A stretch of 64,000 bases of DNA, taken from contig DASVYC010000054.1 in NCBI GenBank assembly GCA_036392375.1, forward strand, positions 9,200-73,199, given 5' to 3'. Below the pieces are notes generated by a model that worked only from the letters and a program-made list of their open reading frames with translations, was not told the origin of the DNA and searched no databases. Below are positions 28,861-37,609 of this stretch, one piece after another; position 1 is the first letter of the stretch; each line of letters begins with the position of its first letter. This stretch comes from Phycisphaerales bacterium (lineage in GTDB: Bacteria; Planctomycetota; Phycisphaerae; Phycisphaerales; UBA1924). The position numbers and the translations under genes were made by a program.

Positions 28861-30065
28861 ATGATCGCGAACACCGCCGCTCGCTGGCGGCTCGGAGGAC
28901 GCACGTGGCGGCTCTTGGACAGATTCTCGATCGGCTCGGTCCGGGTTGGACGCATGTGCTCCAGGCACCGGAGCGACTGCGGCTCCAGATCTGCCTCACG
29001 CCCCTCTCTCGCGCGGGCATGAGTCTCAACGCCCCCACCGAGACCTTTCGAGCGGACGCGGAGTACTTCTACCCCGCCAGCACGGTGAAGCTGCTCGCTG
29101 CGTTGTGCGTGTTGCGACGGGTACGAGCGTTGCGGGCCCAGGGCGGCGCATGGTCTGGGTTCTCGCTCGACACGCCGCTCGCGTTCTTCCCCGAGAACGC
29201 GGAGCCCATCACCGCCGACGACACCAACCTCGAGGGCGGCGAGCTGACGCTCCGCCACTGCATCCGACGGGCTTTGATCGTTTCGGAGAATCCGCCGCAC
29301 AATCGGCTGTACGAGTTCCTTGGGCACGAGGGGATCAACGCCGAGCTTCAAGGGTTAGGCTTCACAGGCTGCGTCATCAACCATCGACTGGACGACGTGC
29401 GCTCGCCGGAGCAGCAGCGCACGACGCCGCGGATCGTGGCGATGCTTCGGGACGGATCCAGGCTGGAGATCCCCCATCGGGTGGGGGCGGTGCTGCCGTA
29501 TCCGAGAGACGTTCGCCAAACTCGGATCGGCTCGGCTTTCTTTCGCGACGGGGTTCGTATCGAAGGACCGATGGACTTCGCGGCCGTCGGCGAGGAGAAG
29601 AACCGCGTGCGGCTGTCCGATCTGCACGCCTTGATCTGTCGCCTCCACCCACGGGGTTCACCCGCGGAGCACGACGCGGCGGCACGAGATCTCCAACTCG
29701 CATCGGAAGACTTGTCGTTCCTGCACGAGTGCATGACGATCCTTCCCCGCGCGAGCGTCAACCCGCGGTACGACGCCGATCAGTACCCCGACGACTACGC
29801 CAAGCCCATGCTCCCGGGTGTGCACGCCGTGGATCCGAACGCTCGGATCACCAACAAGCTCGGTTGGGCCTACGGATTTGTCACCGACACGGGCGTTCTC
29901 TGGAACACGGCCGGAGACGCGTTCGCGCTCAGCTTTTCGTTGTGGGCGTGCGCCGGGGGAGTCCTTGGGAACGACGACTACGAGTACGACAGCGTCGCCA
30001 AGGTCTTCGCCGCCGATCTCGCCCGGGCCGCGGCAGCGCACTTGTGGGAATCGAAGGTTCGATGA
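28857..30065 (+). CDS. class A beta-lactamase-fold serine hydrolase
   Basis: ATG 28857 overlaps the upstream stop as ATGA. SxxK (ASTVK at about residue 75), an SEN motif in the SDN position, and a KLG motif in the KTG position. No signal peptide seen. Confidence 0.65.
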   Translation: MNDREHRRSLAARRTHVAALGQILDRLGPGWTHVLQAPERLRLQICLTPLSRAGMSLNAPTETFRADAEYFYPASTVKLLAALCVLRRVRALRAQGGAWSGFSLDTPLAFFPENAEPITADDTNLEGGELTLRHCIRRALIVSENPPHNRLYEFLGHEGINAELQGLGFTGCVINHRLDDVRSPEQQRTTPRIVAMLRDGSRLEIPHRVGAVLPYPRDVRQTRIGSAFFRDGVRIEGPMDFAAVGEEKNRVRLSDLHALICRLHPRGSPAEHDAAARDLQLASEDLSFLHECMTILPRASVNPRYDADQYPDDYAKPMLPGVHAVDPNARITNKLGWAYGFVTDTGVLWNTAGDAFALSFSLWACAGGVLGNDDYEYDSVAKVFAADLARAAAAHLWESKVR

Positions 30066-30083
30066 GCTCACTCGCCCGCGGAC

Positions 30084-30111
30084 TTGACCGCGGACAGAAG
30101 AGCGTTATCAT
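30084..30111 (+). promoter_or_regulatory. candidate sigma70-type promoter of the his operon (TTGACC-N16-TATCAT)
   Basis: -35 TTGACC (30084-30089) and -10 TATCAT (30106-30111) each match the consensus at 5/6, with a 16-nt spacer. The predicted start falls at or next to the leader GTG at 30118. Confidence 0.45.
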
Positions 30112-30117
30112 CTCTCC

Positions 30118-30174
30118 GTGACCTCGCAGCAGTTCCATCATCACCATCACCACGCCCTGACCAAGGCCGGCTGA
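30118..30174 (+). CDS. hisL: his operon leader peptide (18 codons, 6 consecutive His)
   Basis: GTG ACC TCG CAG CAG TTC CAT CAT CAC CAT CAC CAC GCC CTG ACC AAG GCC GGC TGA. It is too short for the ORF track, lies directly upstream of hisG, and is followed by a terminator. Confidence 0.6.
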   Translation: MTSQQFHHHHHHALTKAG

Positions 30175-30209
30175 TGGTGCGCTGCGAGTAACGTCCAGCA
30201 AATCCAGAC

Positions 30210-30240
30210 GACGCCGGCCTCGTGCCGGCGTCTTGTGTTT
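30210..30240 (+). terminator. attenuator terminator upstream of hisG
   Basis: 9-bp GC stem GACGCCGGC/GCCGGCGTC (30210-30218 and 30224-30232) with loop CTCGT, followed by TTGTGTTT. The left arm can alternatively pair with AGGCCGGC at 30164-30171. Confidence 0.6.
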
Positions 30241-30284
30241 CGGGCCTGAACGGGTCGGGAACGCGGGCGAAGGCCGAGTCCGGC

Positions 30285-31217
30285 ATGGGAGCGATCATGC
30301 CGCAGAATCAAGCCACAGAACTCTCCAAGCAACCCCGCACCACCGATGCGCCGACGGCATCCGCCGACGTGCGGCTGGCCCTGCCCAAGGGCCGCATGCA
30401 GCAGGGCGTGTTCGCGCTGCTCGCGGACGCGGGCATCCACGTCCGCGTGGGCAGCCGAGGCTATCGGCCGCAGATCTCGCTTCCCGGCATCGACGCGAAG
30501 ATCTTGAAGCCTCAGAGCGTGATCGAGATGCTCGCCGCCGGCTCGCGCGATGTCGGTTTTGCGGGCGCCGACTGGGTCCGGGAGCTCAACGCCGATGTGG
30601 TCGAGGTCCTGGACACCGAGCTCGATTCGGTGAAGCTCGTGGCCGCCGCCCCGGCGCCGCTGCTGGTCGAAGGAAAGCTGCCCCAGCGTCCGATCGTTAT
30701 CGCTTCCGAGTACGAGCGCATCACCCGCGGCTGGATCCAGGCCCGCGGCTACGACGCCCGCTTCGTGCGCTCATACGGCGCCACGGAGGTCTTCCCACCC
30801 GAGGACGCGGACTGCATCGTCGACATCGCCGCCAGCGGCGAGACGCTGCGGGCTCAGAACCTCATCGTCTTCGACGAGATCATGCGTTCCTCGACGCGGT
30901 TGTACGCAAGCCGATCCGCCCTGAAGTATCCGACCCGCAAGGCCGCGATTGATCGGCTGGTGCTGCTGCTGGCCTCGGTGCTGGAGGCACGCCGCCGTGT
31001 GATGCTGGAGGTCAACGTCACCCGCGCGGCGCTCGAGAGCGTTGTTTCGGCTCTGCCCTGCATGCGCGAACCGACGATCTCCCCGCTGCACGGCGAGGGC
31101 GGCTACGCGGTCAAGGCCGCCGTGCCTCGAGCGCTGCTCCCAACGCTCATCCCCGAAATCAAGTCCCGCGGCGGCACCGACATCGTCGTCACCCAGCTCT
31201 CGCAGATCATCCCATGA
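30285..31217 (+). CDS. hisG: ATP phosphoribosyltransferase (long form with C-terminal regulatory domain)
   Basis: ATG 30285 (alternative 30297). LALPKGRMQQ N-terminal motif and a HisG C-terminal domain are both present. Confidence 0.9.
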   Translation: MGAIMPQNQATELSKQPRTTDAPTASADVRLALPKGRMQQGVFALLADAGIHVRVGSRGYRPQISLPGIDAKILKPQSVIEMLAAGSRDVGFAGADWVRELNADVVEVLDTELDSVKLVAAAPAPLLVEGKLPQRPIVIASEYERITRGWIQARGYDARFVRSYGATEVFPPEDADCIVDIAASGETLRAQNLIVFDEIMRSSTRLYASRSALKYPTRKAAIDRLVLLLASVLEARRRVMLEVNVTRAALESVVSALPCMREPTISPLHGEGGYAVKAAVPRALLPTLIPEIKSRGGTDIVVTQLSQIIP

Positions 31218-32701
31218 GCACCGCGACCCCAACTCCCGGCGCGCCGACGCTCAGCCCCTATTCCACCCCCACCACCGGGGCGGCGATCGACCTTTTTCTC
31301 GACGCCAACGAGGGACCGGGAGGCTGCGTCGATGTCGCCCGTCTCGCCGCCCTGCTGCCCAGCGATGCGACGCGTCGCTACGCCGGGCCGATCGTGCTCG
31401 AGCAGCAGCTCGGGGCGGTCCTCGGGTTGAACCCCGCACGCGTGCTGGTGACTGCGGGCGGCGACGAGGCGATCGACCGAACGTGCCGAACATTTCTCAC
31501 TCCAGGCCGTGAGCTGATCCTGCCCACGCCCACGTTCGAGATGATCGGCCGCTACGCCCAGCAGGCGGGCGCGACCGTCGCTCCAACGCCGTGGAACCCG
31601 GGGCCGTACCCAGTCGACCGCGTCTTGGAACTGGTGAACCCACGCACCGCGATGATCGCGGTCGTCTCTCCCAACAACCCGACCGGGTCGGTAGCCTCGG
31701 CAAGCGATCTGCGCCGCCTCGCCGAGGCGGCGCCCAATGCCGTCTTACTCGTTGACCTGGCGTACACCGAGTTCGCCGATGAGGACCTGACGCGGGCCGC
31801 GCTTGAGTTGCCAAATGCGGTCGTCATCCGAACGTTCTCGAAGGCTTACGGCCTCGCGGGTCTGCGAGTCGGTTACGCGCTGGGGAGCGAGAACGTGATC
31901 GGGTCGCTGCGAGCTCACGGTTCGCCCTTCCCCGTGTCGACGCTGAGCCTCGCGGTCGCTGCGGAAGCGTTGCGGCGGTCTGCGGATTATCTGCCCGGTG
32001 TGGTGTCGCGGGTGCGCGCGGAACGGAGCGAGCTTGGGGTGCTCCTACGCGAGCTTGGAGCGAACCCGCTGCCTTCGCAGGGCAATTTCATTCTCGCAGA
32101 GTTCGCGGACGCGGATTGGGTGTGGCGAGCATTGGCGAGTCTTGGCATCGGGGTTCGACGATACAAGCCCGGCGTTGGCCTGGACCGCGCGCTACGCATC
32201 ACCTGCCCGGGCGATGCGACATCCTTGACGCGCCTGACACATGGCCTTCAACAGGCGATGCGCCCGGGCACGATTGTCGTCGCTACGGACGATCTGGATG
32301 CTCCCCTGTGGAACGACGCGAACACAACGGCCTTGCGCCGACTCGCTGCGCGCCTACCTGTCGTGCTTGTCACACGTGTTGCGCGAGACAGATGCGAACG
32401 CGAGCTGCGGGACCGCGGCCTCGAAGGCGTGTGCGCGGGTGTGATCGCCGCGGAAGGGCTCGATGATCGGGCCACCGCGGAGGCTCTCACAGGTACGCTC
32501 ACGCGATTACAAGCCGCACCGGGGTGGATGGTGTCCACGTCCCCCGATTTCCTCCCGGCGCCATCAGCCGCATCGCGCCTGATTCCCCTTGGGTGGGTTG
32601 CGCCCGGAACGCTCGGCGGCCAAGGCGCCGAGCAGCTCCGCCGCGCAGGCGCGGCACGCGTTGTCGACTCCCTTCTCTCGCTGGAGGATCTTCTCTCATG
32701 A
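31214..32701 (+). CDS. hisC: histidinol-phosphate aminotransferase with ~150-aa C-terminal HAD-like extension
   Basis: ATGA overlap with hisG. PLP-Lys motif [16 protein letters not shown]. The aminotransferase part ends around residue 345, and the tail contains [17 protein letters not shown] and MVSTSPDF. Confidence 0.88.
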   Translation: MSTATPTPGAPTLSPYSTPTTGAAIDLFLDANEGPGGCVDVARLAALLPSDATRRYAGPIVLEQQLGAVLGLNPARVLVTAGGDEAIDRTCRTFLTPGRELILPTPTFEMIGRYAQQAGATVAPTPWNPGPYPVDRVLELVNPRTAMIAVVSPNNPTGSVASASDLRRLAEAAPNAVLLVDLAYTEFADEDLTRAALELPNAVVIRTFSKAYGLAGLRVGYALGSENVIGSLRAHGSPFPVSTLSLAVAAEALRRSADYLPGVVSRVRAERSELGVLLRELGANPLPSQGNFILAEFADADWVWRALASLGIGVRRYKPGVGLDRALRITCPGDATSLTRLTHGLQQAMRPGTIVVATDDLDAPLWNDANTTALRRLAARLPVVLVTRVARDRCERELRDRGLEGVCAGVIAAEGLDDRATAEALTGTLTRLQAAPGWMVSTSPDFLPAPSAASRLIPLGWVAPGTLGGQGAEQLRRAGAARVVDSLLSLEDLLS

Positions 32702-33285
32702 CACCCCGCACCGCCACCATCGCACGCAAGACCAACGAGACCACCATCGCTGTCACCATCAACCTCGATGGCACAGGGATCGCCGATGTCCGAACCGGGA
32801 TCGGCTTCCTCGACCATCTGCTCACCGCGTTGACGCGGCACGCGCGGCTCGACGTAACGCTCACGTGTACGGGCGATCTGCACATCGACGATCACCACAC
32901 CGCGGAGGATTGCGCTCTGGCCCTAGGCGCGGCGATCGACAAGGCGCTGGGTGAACGCCGCGCCTTTGCACGCTTTGGTAACGCCTACGCACCCCTCGAC
33001 GAGGCACTCGCGCGGGCCGTCGTGGATCTGTCGGGCAGGCCGTTCTCCGTGGTCGAACTCGGACTGCGCCGCGAGTCGATCGGCGGGCTCTCGTGCGAGA
33101 ACATCCCGCACGTCATCGCCTCGCTTGCGGTCGCGCTCCGTGGCGCGATCCACGTGGATGTGCTGCGGGGCGAGAACGACCACCACCGTGCCGAGGCCGC
33201 GTTCAAGGGGTTGGCGCTGGCGCTCCGCGCGGCGCTGGCACGCACCGCGGACGCTGACGTTCCGAGCACGAAGGGAGTCCTGTGA
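32698..33285 (+). CDS. hisB: imidazoleglycerol-phosphate dehydratase (monofunctional)
   Basis: ATG 32698 overlaps the hisC stop (ATGA). 195 aa, with IGPD motifs DDHHTAED and [10 protein letters not shown]. Confidence 0.92.
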   Translation: MTPRTATIARKTNETTIAVTINLDGTGIADVRTGIGFLDHLLTALTRHARLDVTLTCTGDLHIDDHHTAEDCALALGAAIDKALGERRAFARFGNAYAPLDEALARAVVDLSGRPFSVVELGLRRESIGGLSCENIPHVIASLAVALRGAIHVDVLRGENDHHRAEAAFKGLALALRAALARTADADVPSTKGVL

Positions 33286-33908
33286 GCGGGCCCGAGGTTG
33301 TCATCCTCCGCACCGGGAGCGCGAATCTCGCGTCGGTCTGCGCCGCGTTCGCACGCCTGGGCGCTCGCCCACGGATCACCCAGGACATCGACCTGGCCCG
33401 CAGTGCGCCGTTGCTGGTGCTACCGGGCGTCGGCGCTTTCGGTGCGGCGATGCGCGAGCTGCAACGCTGTGGGCTTGACATCGTCATCCGCGAGCGCGTC
33501 ACCGCCAGCCGCCCCCTGCTCGCGATCTGCCTGGGACTTCAGCTTCTCTGCGAGAGCAGCGAGGAGTCGCCGGGCGTGCGAGGCTTGGGAGTCGTCACCG
33601 GAGCCGTCACGCGGCTTGCATCGGATGTTCGAGTGCCGCAGATGGGCTGGAACCGCGTCGAGCCAACGCCTGAAGCGTCGCTCTTGCGACCGGACTGGAT
33701 GTACTTCGCCAACTCCTTCCGCCTGGAGAGCATCCCCGCAGGTTGGGCGGGCACCCTGACCCGTTACGGCGGGTCGTTCGCTTCGGCTCTTGAGCGCGGC
33801 CCGATCTTGGCGTGTCAGTTTCACCCCGAGCTCTCCGGCGCCGCCGGACTGGCGCTCCTGACCCGCTGGCTCCAGCGTGCAGCCCGATCGGAGGCGATCG
33901 CATGCTGA
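33282..33908 (+). CDS. hisH: imidazole glycerol phosphate synthase, glutamine amidotransferase subunit
   Basis: GTG start overlapping the hisB stop (GTGA). Class I GATase with nucleophile Cys in AICLGLQLL and C-terminal FHPE. Confidence 0.9.
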   Translation: MSGPEVVILRTGSANLASVCAAFARLGARPRITQDIDLARSAPLLVLPGVGAFGAAMRELQRCGLDIVIRERVTASRPLLAICLGLQLLCESSEESPGVRGLGVVTGAVTRLASDVRVPQMGWNRVEPTPEASLLRPDWMYFANSFRLESIPAGWAGTLTRYGGSFASALERGPILACQFHPELSGAAGLALLTRWLQRAARSEAIAC

Positions 33909-34663
33909 CCCGCCGCATCATCCCCTGCCTCGACGTCCGCAGCGGACGCGTGGTCAAGGGCGTGCGCTTCCAAGGGCTCCGCGACGCCGGCGACCCGGCG
34001 GAGCTCGCCGCCCGATACGAGAGCGAGGGTGCCGACGAGATCACCCTGCTCGACGTCTCGGCAACGCCCGAGGCCCGGGGAGCCGCCGCCGACACCATCG
34101 CCCGCGTTCGACGCGTGCTGTCCATCCCGCTCACCGTTGGCGGCGGCGTGCGCGAGGTCGCTGACGCGGGACGGCTCCTGGACGCGGGGGCCGACAAGGT
34201 GGGCGTCAACACCGCGGCGGTTGCGCGGCCCGCGTTGATCTCGGAGTGCGCCCACCGTTTCGGCGCGCAGTGCGTCGTCGTTGCGATCGATGCCGCGCTC
34301 GCTCCGGGCTCGTCCCACCGGTGGCACGTGCGGGTCCGATCGGGCGAGGAGGCGACTCCGATCGACGCGGTGGAATGGGCCCGGCGTGCAGCAGACCTTG
34401 GCGCCGGCGAGATACTCCTCACCAGTTGGGACCGCGACGGCACGCGCTCGGGGTACGACCTCGCGTTGACACGCGCGGTCGCCAGCGCCGTCCGTATCCC
34501 TGTCATCGCCTCCGGTGGCGCCGCCGGTCCTGAGCACTTGCTCGAGGCTCTGCGCGCCGGTGCCGAAGCGGTGCTCGCGGCCAGCATCTTCCACGACGGT
34601 GAGCACACCGTCGCCAGCATCAAGCAGTTTCTCGCCTCGCGTGGCGTGGAGATCCGACCATGA
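33902..34663 (+). CDS. hisF: imidazole glycerol phosphate synthase, cyclase subunit
   Basis: ATG 33902 gives [12 protein letters not shown], with a 7-nt overlap with hisH. HisF-like (beta/alpha)8 barrel over its full length. Confidence 0.93.
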   Translation: MLTRRIIPCLDVRSGRVVKGVRFQGLRDAGDPAELAARYESEGADEITLLDVSATPEARGAAADTIARVRRVLSIPLTVGGGVREVADAGRLLDAGADKVGVNTAAVARPALISECAHRFGAQCVVVAIDAALAPGSSHRWHVRVRSGEEATPIDAVEWARRAADLGAGEILLTSWDRDGTRSGYDLALTRAVASAVRIPVIASGGAAGPEHLLEALRAGAEAVLAASIFHDGEHTVASIKQFLASRGVEIRP

Positions 34664-35970
34664 TCATTCCTTCGATCGACCTGATGGGCGGGCAGACCGT
34701 GCAGCTTGTGGGCGGGCGCGAGCACGCGCTGGACGCCGGCGACCCCGTGCCGATCGCGGAGCGATTCGCGCTCGCGGGTGACGTTGCCGTGGTGGACCTC
34801 GACGCCGCGATGGGCAAGGGCTCGAACGCCGATCTGGTGCGTCGCCTGCTGCCGCTGGCTCCGTGCCGGGTGGGCGGCGGCATCCGCGACGCCCGCACCG
34901 CGATCGAATGGCTCGATGCCGGTGCCGCCAAGGTGGTCCTCGGCACCGCCGCCCGGCCCGAGGTGCTGCGCGAGCTGCCCCGGGAACGCGTGATCGCCGC
35001 GCTCGACGCTCGCGATGGCGAGGTGGTCGATCACGGATGGCAGAGGGGAACGGGCGAATCGATTCTCGATCGCATGAAGCGCCTCGAAGGACTCGTCGGC
35101 GGCTTCCTCGTGACATTCGTCGAGCGTGAGGGTCGCCTGGGCGGGACCAACATGGACCTCGTGCCCGATCTCGTGCGGGCCGCCTCGGGCGCGAGGGTCA
35201 CGATCGCCGGCGGCGTGACCACCACGCAGGACATCGCCGCGCTCGACGCGCTCGGCGCTGACGCACAAGTCGGGATGGCGCTGTACACCAACCGGCTCGA
35301 CCTTGGCGACTCGATCGCGGCGCCGCTTCGTTCAGACCGGCCCGACGGCCTGTGGCCCACGGTGGTCGTGGACGAACTCGGCACAGCTCTGGGCCTGGCG
35401 TACTCGAGCGCCGAGAGCCTGCGCGAGGCCGTGCGCTCGCGTCGCGGCGTGTACCACTCGCGGCGGCGGGGTCTTTGGATCAAGGGCGAGACCTCGGGCG
35501 ACACCCAGCAACTGCTGCGTGTGGACCTTGATTGCGACCGCGATGCGGTTCGCTTCACGGTCCGCCAGAGCGGGACGGGCTTCTGCCACACCGGAACGAG
35601 CACCTGCTGGGGCCAGGCAACAGGTTTACCCGCTCTTGCGTCCCGCATCGCCGCCCAGGCCGCGGCTCCGACGCCCGGGTCGTACTCGGCGAGGCTGTTG
35701 TCGGATGCCTCGTTGCTCCGCGCCAAGTTGATAGAAGAGGCCGGCGAGCTGGCGGACGCCGCGAGTGCAAGTGACGTCGCGCACGAGGCCGCGGATGTGA
35801 TCTATTTCACGATGGCAGCGATGCAGCGAGCCGGCGTGCGGCTCGCCGACGTTGCGCACGAACTCGACCGGCGGGCGCGGAAGGTCACCCGACGCCCCGG
35901 CAACGCCAAGCCCGCTCCAAACCCCCCGTCAGGCAGCCAGTTATCCAGTAGCCAGGAGGCCTCGTCGTGA
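34660..35970 (+). CDS. hisA: trifunctional fusion: ProFAR isomerase (HisA) + PR-AMP cyclohydrolase (HisI) + PR-ATP pyrophosphatase (HisE)
   Basis: MIIPSIDLMGGQTVQLVGG (HisA, ~240 aa). Then WIKGETSGDTQQLLRVDLDCDRDAVRFTV..GFCHTG (HisI), then SYSARLL..LIEEAGELADA..EAADVIYF (HisE). ATGA overlap with hisF. Confidence 0.88.
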   Translation: MIIPSIDLMGGQTVQLVGGREHALDAGDPVPIAERFALAGDVAVVDLDAAMGKGSNADLVRRLLPLAPCRVGGGIRDARTAIEWLDAGAAKVVLGTAARPEVLRELPRERVIAALDARDGEVVDHGWQRGTGESILDRMKRLEGLVGGFLVTFVEREGRLGGTNMDLVPDLVRAASGARVTIAGGVTTTQDIAALDALGADAQVGMALYTNRLDLGDSIAAPLRSDRPDGLWPTVVVDELGTALGLAYSSAESLREAVRSRRGVYHSRRRGLWIKGETSGDTQQLLRVDLDCDRDAVRFTVRQSGTGFCHTGTSTCWGQATGLPALASRIAAQAAAPTPGSYSARLLSDASLLRAKLIEEAGELADAASASDVAHEAADVIYFTMAAMQRAGVRLADVAHELDRRARKVTRRPGNAKPAPNPPSGSQLSSSQEASS

Positions 35971-37268
35971 GCCATCTCGCCGACCGCTCGCAAGCGACTC
36001 CATCGCAGCCCCTGCTGCGCACGATCCGGCCCGAGGAGTTCCGCATCCGGTGTTTTCGCGCCGTCGATCCGGCCACACTCGCTGCGGCTCGGTCGATCCT
36101 CGATGACATCGATGCGAGGGGAGAGGCCGCGGTGCTCGACCACGCGCAACGCTTGGGTGATCTGCGTGAGGGTGATCGCCACACTTACACCCCCGCCGAT
36201 CTCGCCGCGGCCCGCGACGCATTACCCGCAGAACAACGGGCGTTACTGGAGCGGATCGCCAGCCGCATCTCCGCCTTCGCTGCCGCCCAGCGCGCGTGCA
36301 TGACGGAATTGACCGTGCCGATCGCGGGCGGGGCTGCCGGGCACTCGTGCATCCCCGTGCGTTCGGCGGGCTGCTACGCACCGGGCGGGCGGTTCCCGCT
36401 GCCGTCGTCGGTGCTGATGACCGCCGTGACGGCCCGAGCAGCGGGCGTGCAGAGGGTCGTGGTGGCATCCCCTCGCCCCACCCAGGTCACGCTCGCCGCC
36501 GCGTCGATCGCGGGGGCCGACGCCCTCATCGCGATCGGCGGCGTGCAGGCGATCGGCGCCCTCGCCCGCGGTCTGCTCGCGGCACCTGCGGGCGGGTGCG
36601 ACGTCATCGTCGGGCCAGGGAATCGATGGGTCACCGCGGCCAAACACCTGGTGTCGGGCGAAGTCGGCATCGACATGCTCGCCGGGCCGTCGGAGCTCCT
36701 CGTGCTCGCCGACGCGACCGCAGACCCGGCACTCATCGCCGCCGATCTGCTTGCTCAGGCTGAGCACGACGACGATGCCATCCCGACGCTCGTCACCACC
36801 GATCCGACGCTCCCCGGTCGCGTGGATGCAGCGCTGCGATCGCAGCTCGAATCGCTGCCCACCGCCCCCACCGCTCGAGCCGCGCTCGCCAACGGCTTCG
36901 CGCTCGTCGCGTCCGACCTCGACGAGGCGATCGCGATCGTGGATCGGGCCGCGCCCGAGCATCTGGAGATCCTCACCGAAAGGGCCGATCACGTCGCGTC
37001 CCGCATCACCAACGCCGGCGCGGTCTTCATCGGCCCTCGCTCCGCCGAGGTCCTGGGCGACTACGGCTCAGGCCCCAACCACGTGCTACCCACGGGCGGC
37101 ACGGCACGCTTCCGCGCTGGTTTGTCGGTGTTCACGTTCCTGCGGGCACGCACCTGGCTGCGAATCGACGCCGCAGATGAAGCCCGCACGCTGGCCAGAG
37201 ACGCCGCCGCGCTCGCGCGACTCGAACGTCTCGAGGGACACGCTCGCTCGGCCGAGGCGAGGCTCTAG
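35967..37268 (+). CDS. hisD: histidinol dehydrogenase
   Basis: GTG start overlapping the upstream stop (GTGA). 433 aa, HisD-like over its full length (QAEHD, GDYGSGPNHVLPT motifs). Confidence 0.92.
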   Translation: MSHLADRSQATPSQPLLRTIRPEEFRIRCFRAVDPATLAAARSILDDIDARGEAAVLDHAQRLGDLREGDRHTYTPADLAAARDALPAEQRALLERIASRISAFAAAQRACMTELTVPIAGGAAGHSCIPVRSAGCYAPGGRFPLPSSVLMTAVTARAAGVQRVVVASPRPTQVTLAAASIAGADALIAIGGVQAIGALARGLLAAPAGGCDVIVGPGNRWVTAAKHLVSGEVGIDMLAGPSELLVLADATADPALIAADLLAQAEHDDDAIPTLVTTDPTLPGRVDAALRSQLESLPTAPTARAALANGFALVASDLDEAIAIVDRAAPEHLEILTERADHVASRITNAGAVFIGPRSAEVLGDYGSGPNHVLPTGGTARFRAGLSVFTFLRARTWLRIDAADEARTLARDAAALARLERLEGHARSAEARL

Positions 37269-37380
37269 ACGCACCGTTGCGGAGCCGCGCCAGAGACCGC
37301 GGGCCTTCACCTCGCGTCTCACCCGAGCGTCTCGCCCGAACGTCTCGTGATGTTGCGATGCGGCGCGCTCGCTCCGCGAC

Positions 37381-37413
37381 CAAAAACAAAAAGACCCTGA
37401 GGATCAGGGTCTT
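37381..37413 (-). terminator. rho-independent terminator after tRNA-Asp
   Basis: Perfect 10-bp stem AAGACCCTGA/TCAGGGTCTT (37391-37413) with loop GGA. On the minus strand it is followed by TTTGTTTTTG. Confidence 0.65.
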
Positions 37414-37418
37414 GAGAA

Positions 37419-37492
<74 letters not shown>

Positions 37493-37523
37493 TGCATGTG
37501 TCCGCGGCGTGCCGCGGGTCAGA

Positions 37524-37551
37524 ACAATAGCGCGTTGCCCGGTGTTTTCAA
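37524..37551 (-). promoter_or_regulatory. candidate promoter for tRNA-Asp (TTGAAA-N16-TATTGT)
   Basis: On the minus strand, -35 TTGAAA (37546-37551) and -10 TATTGT (37524-37529). It lies about 30 nt upstream of the mature tRNA 5' end. Confidence 0.3.
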
Positions 37552-37609
37552 CTCAGCCCGCACGCTTTTCGAAGCTCTCGGACGGACCCGCTCAGAAGAT
37601 CCATCGGCC

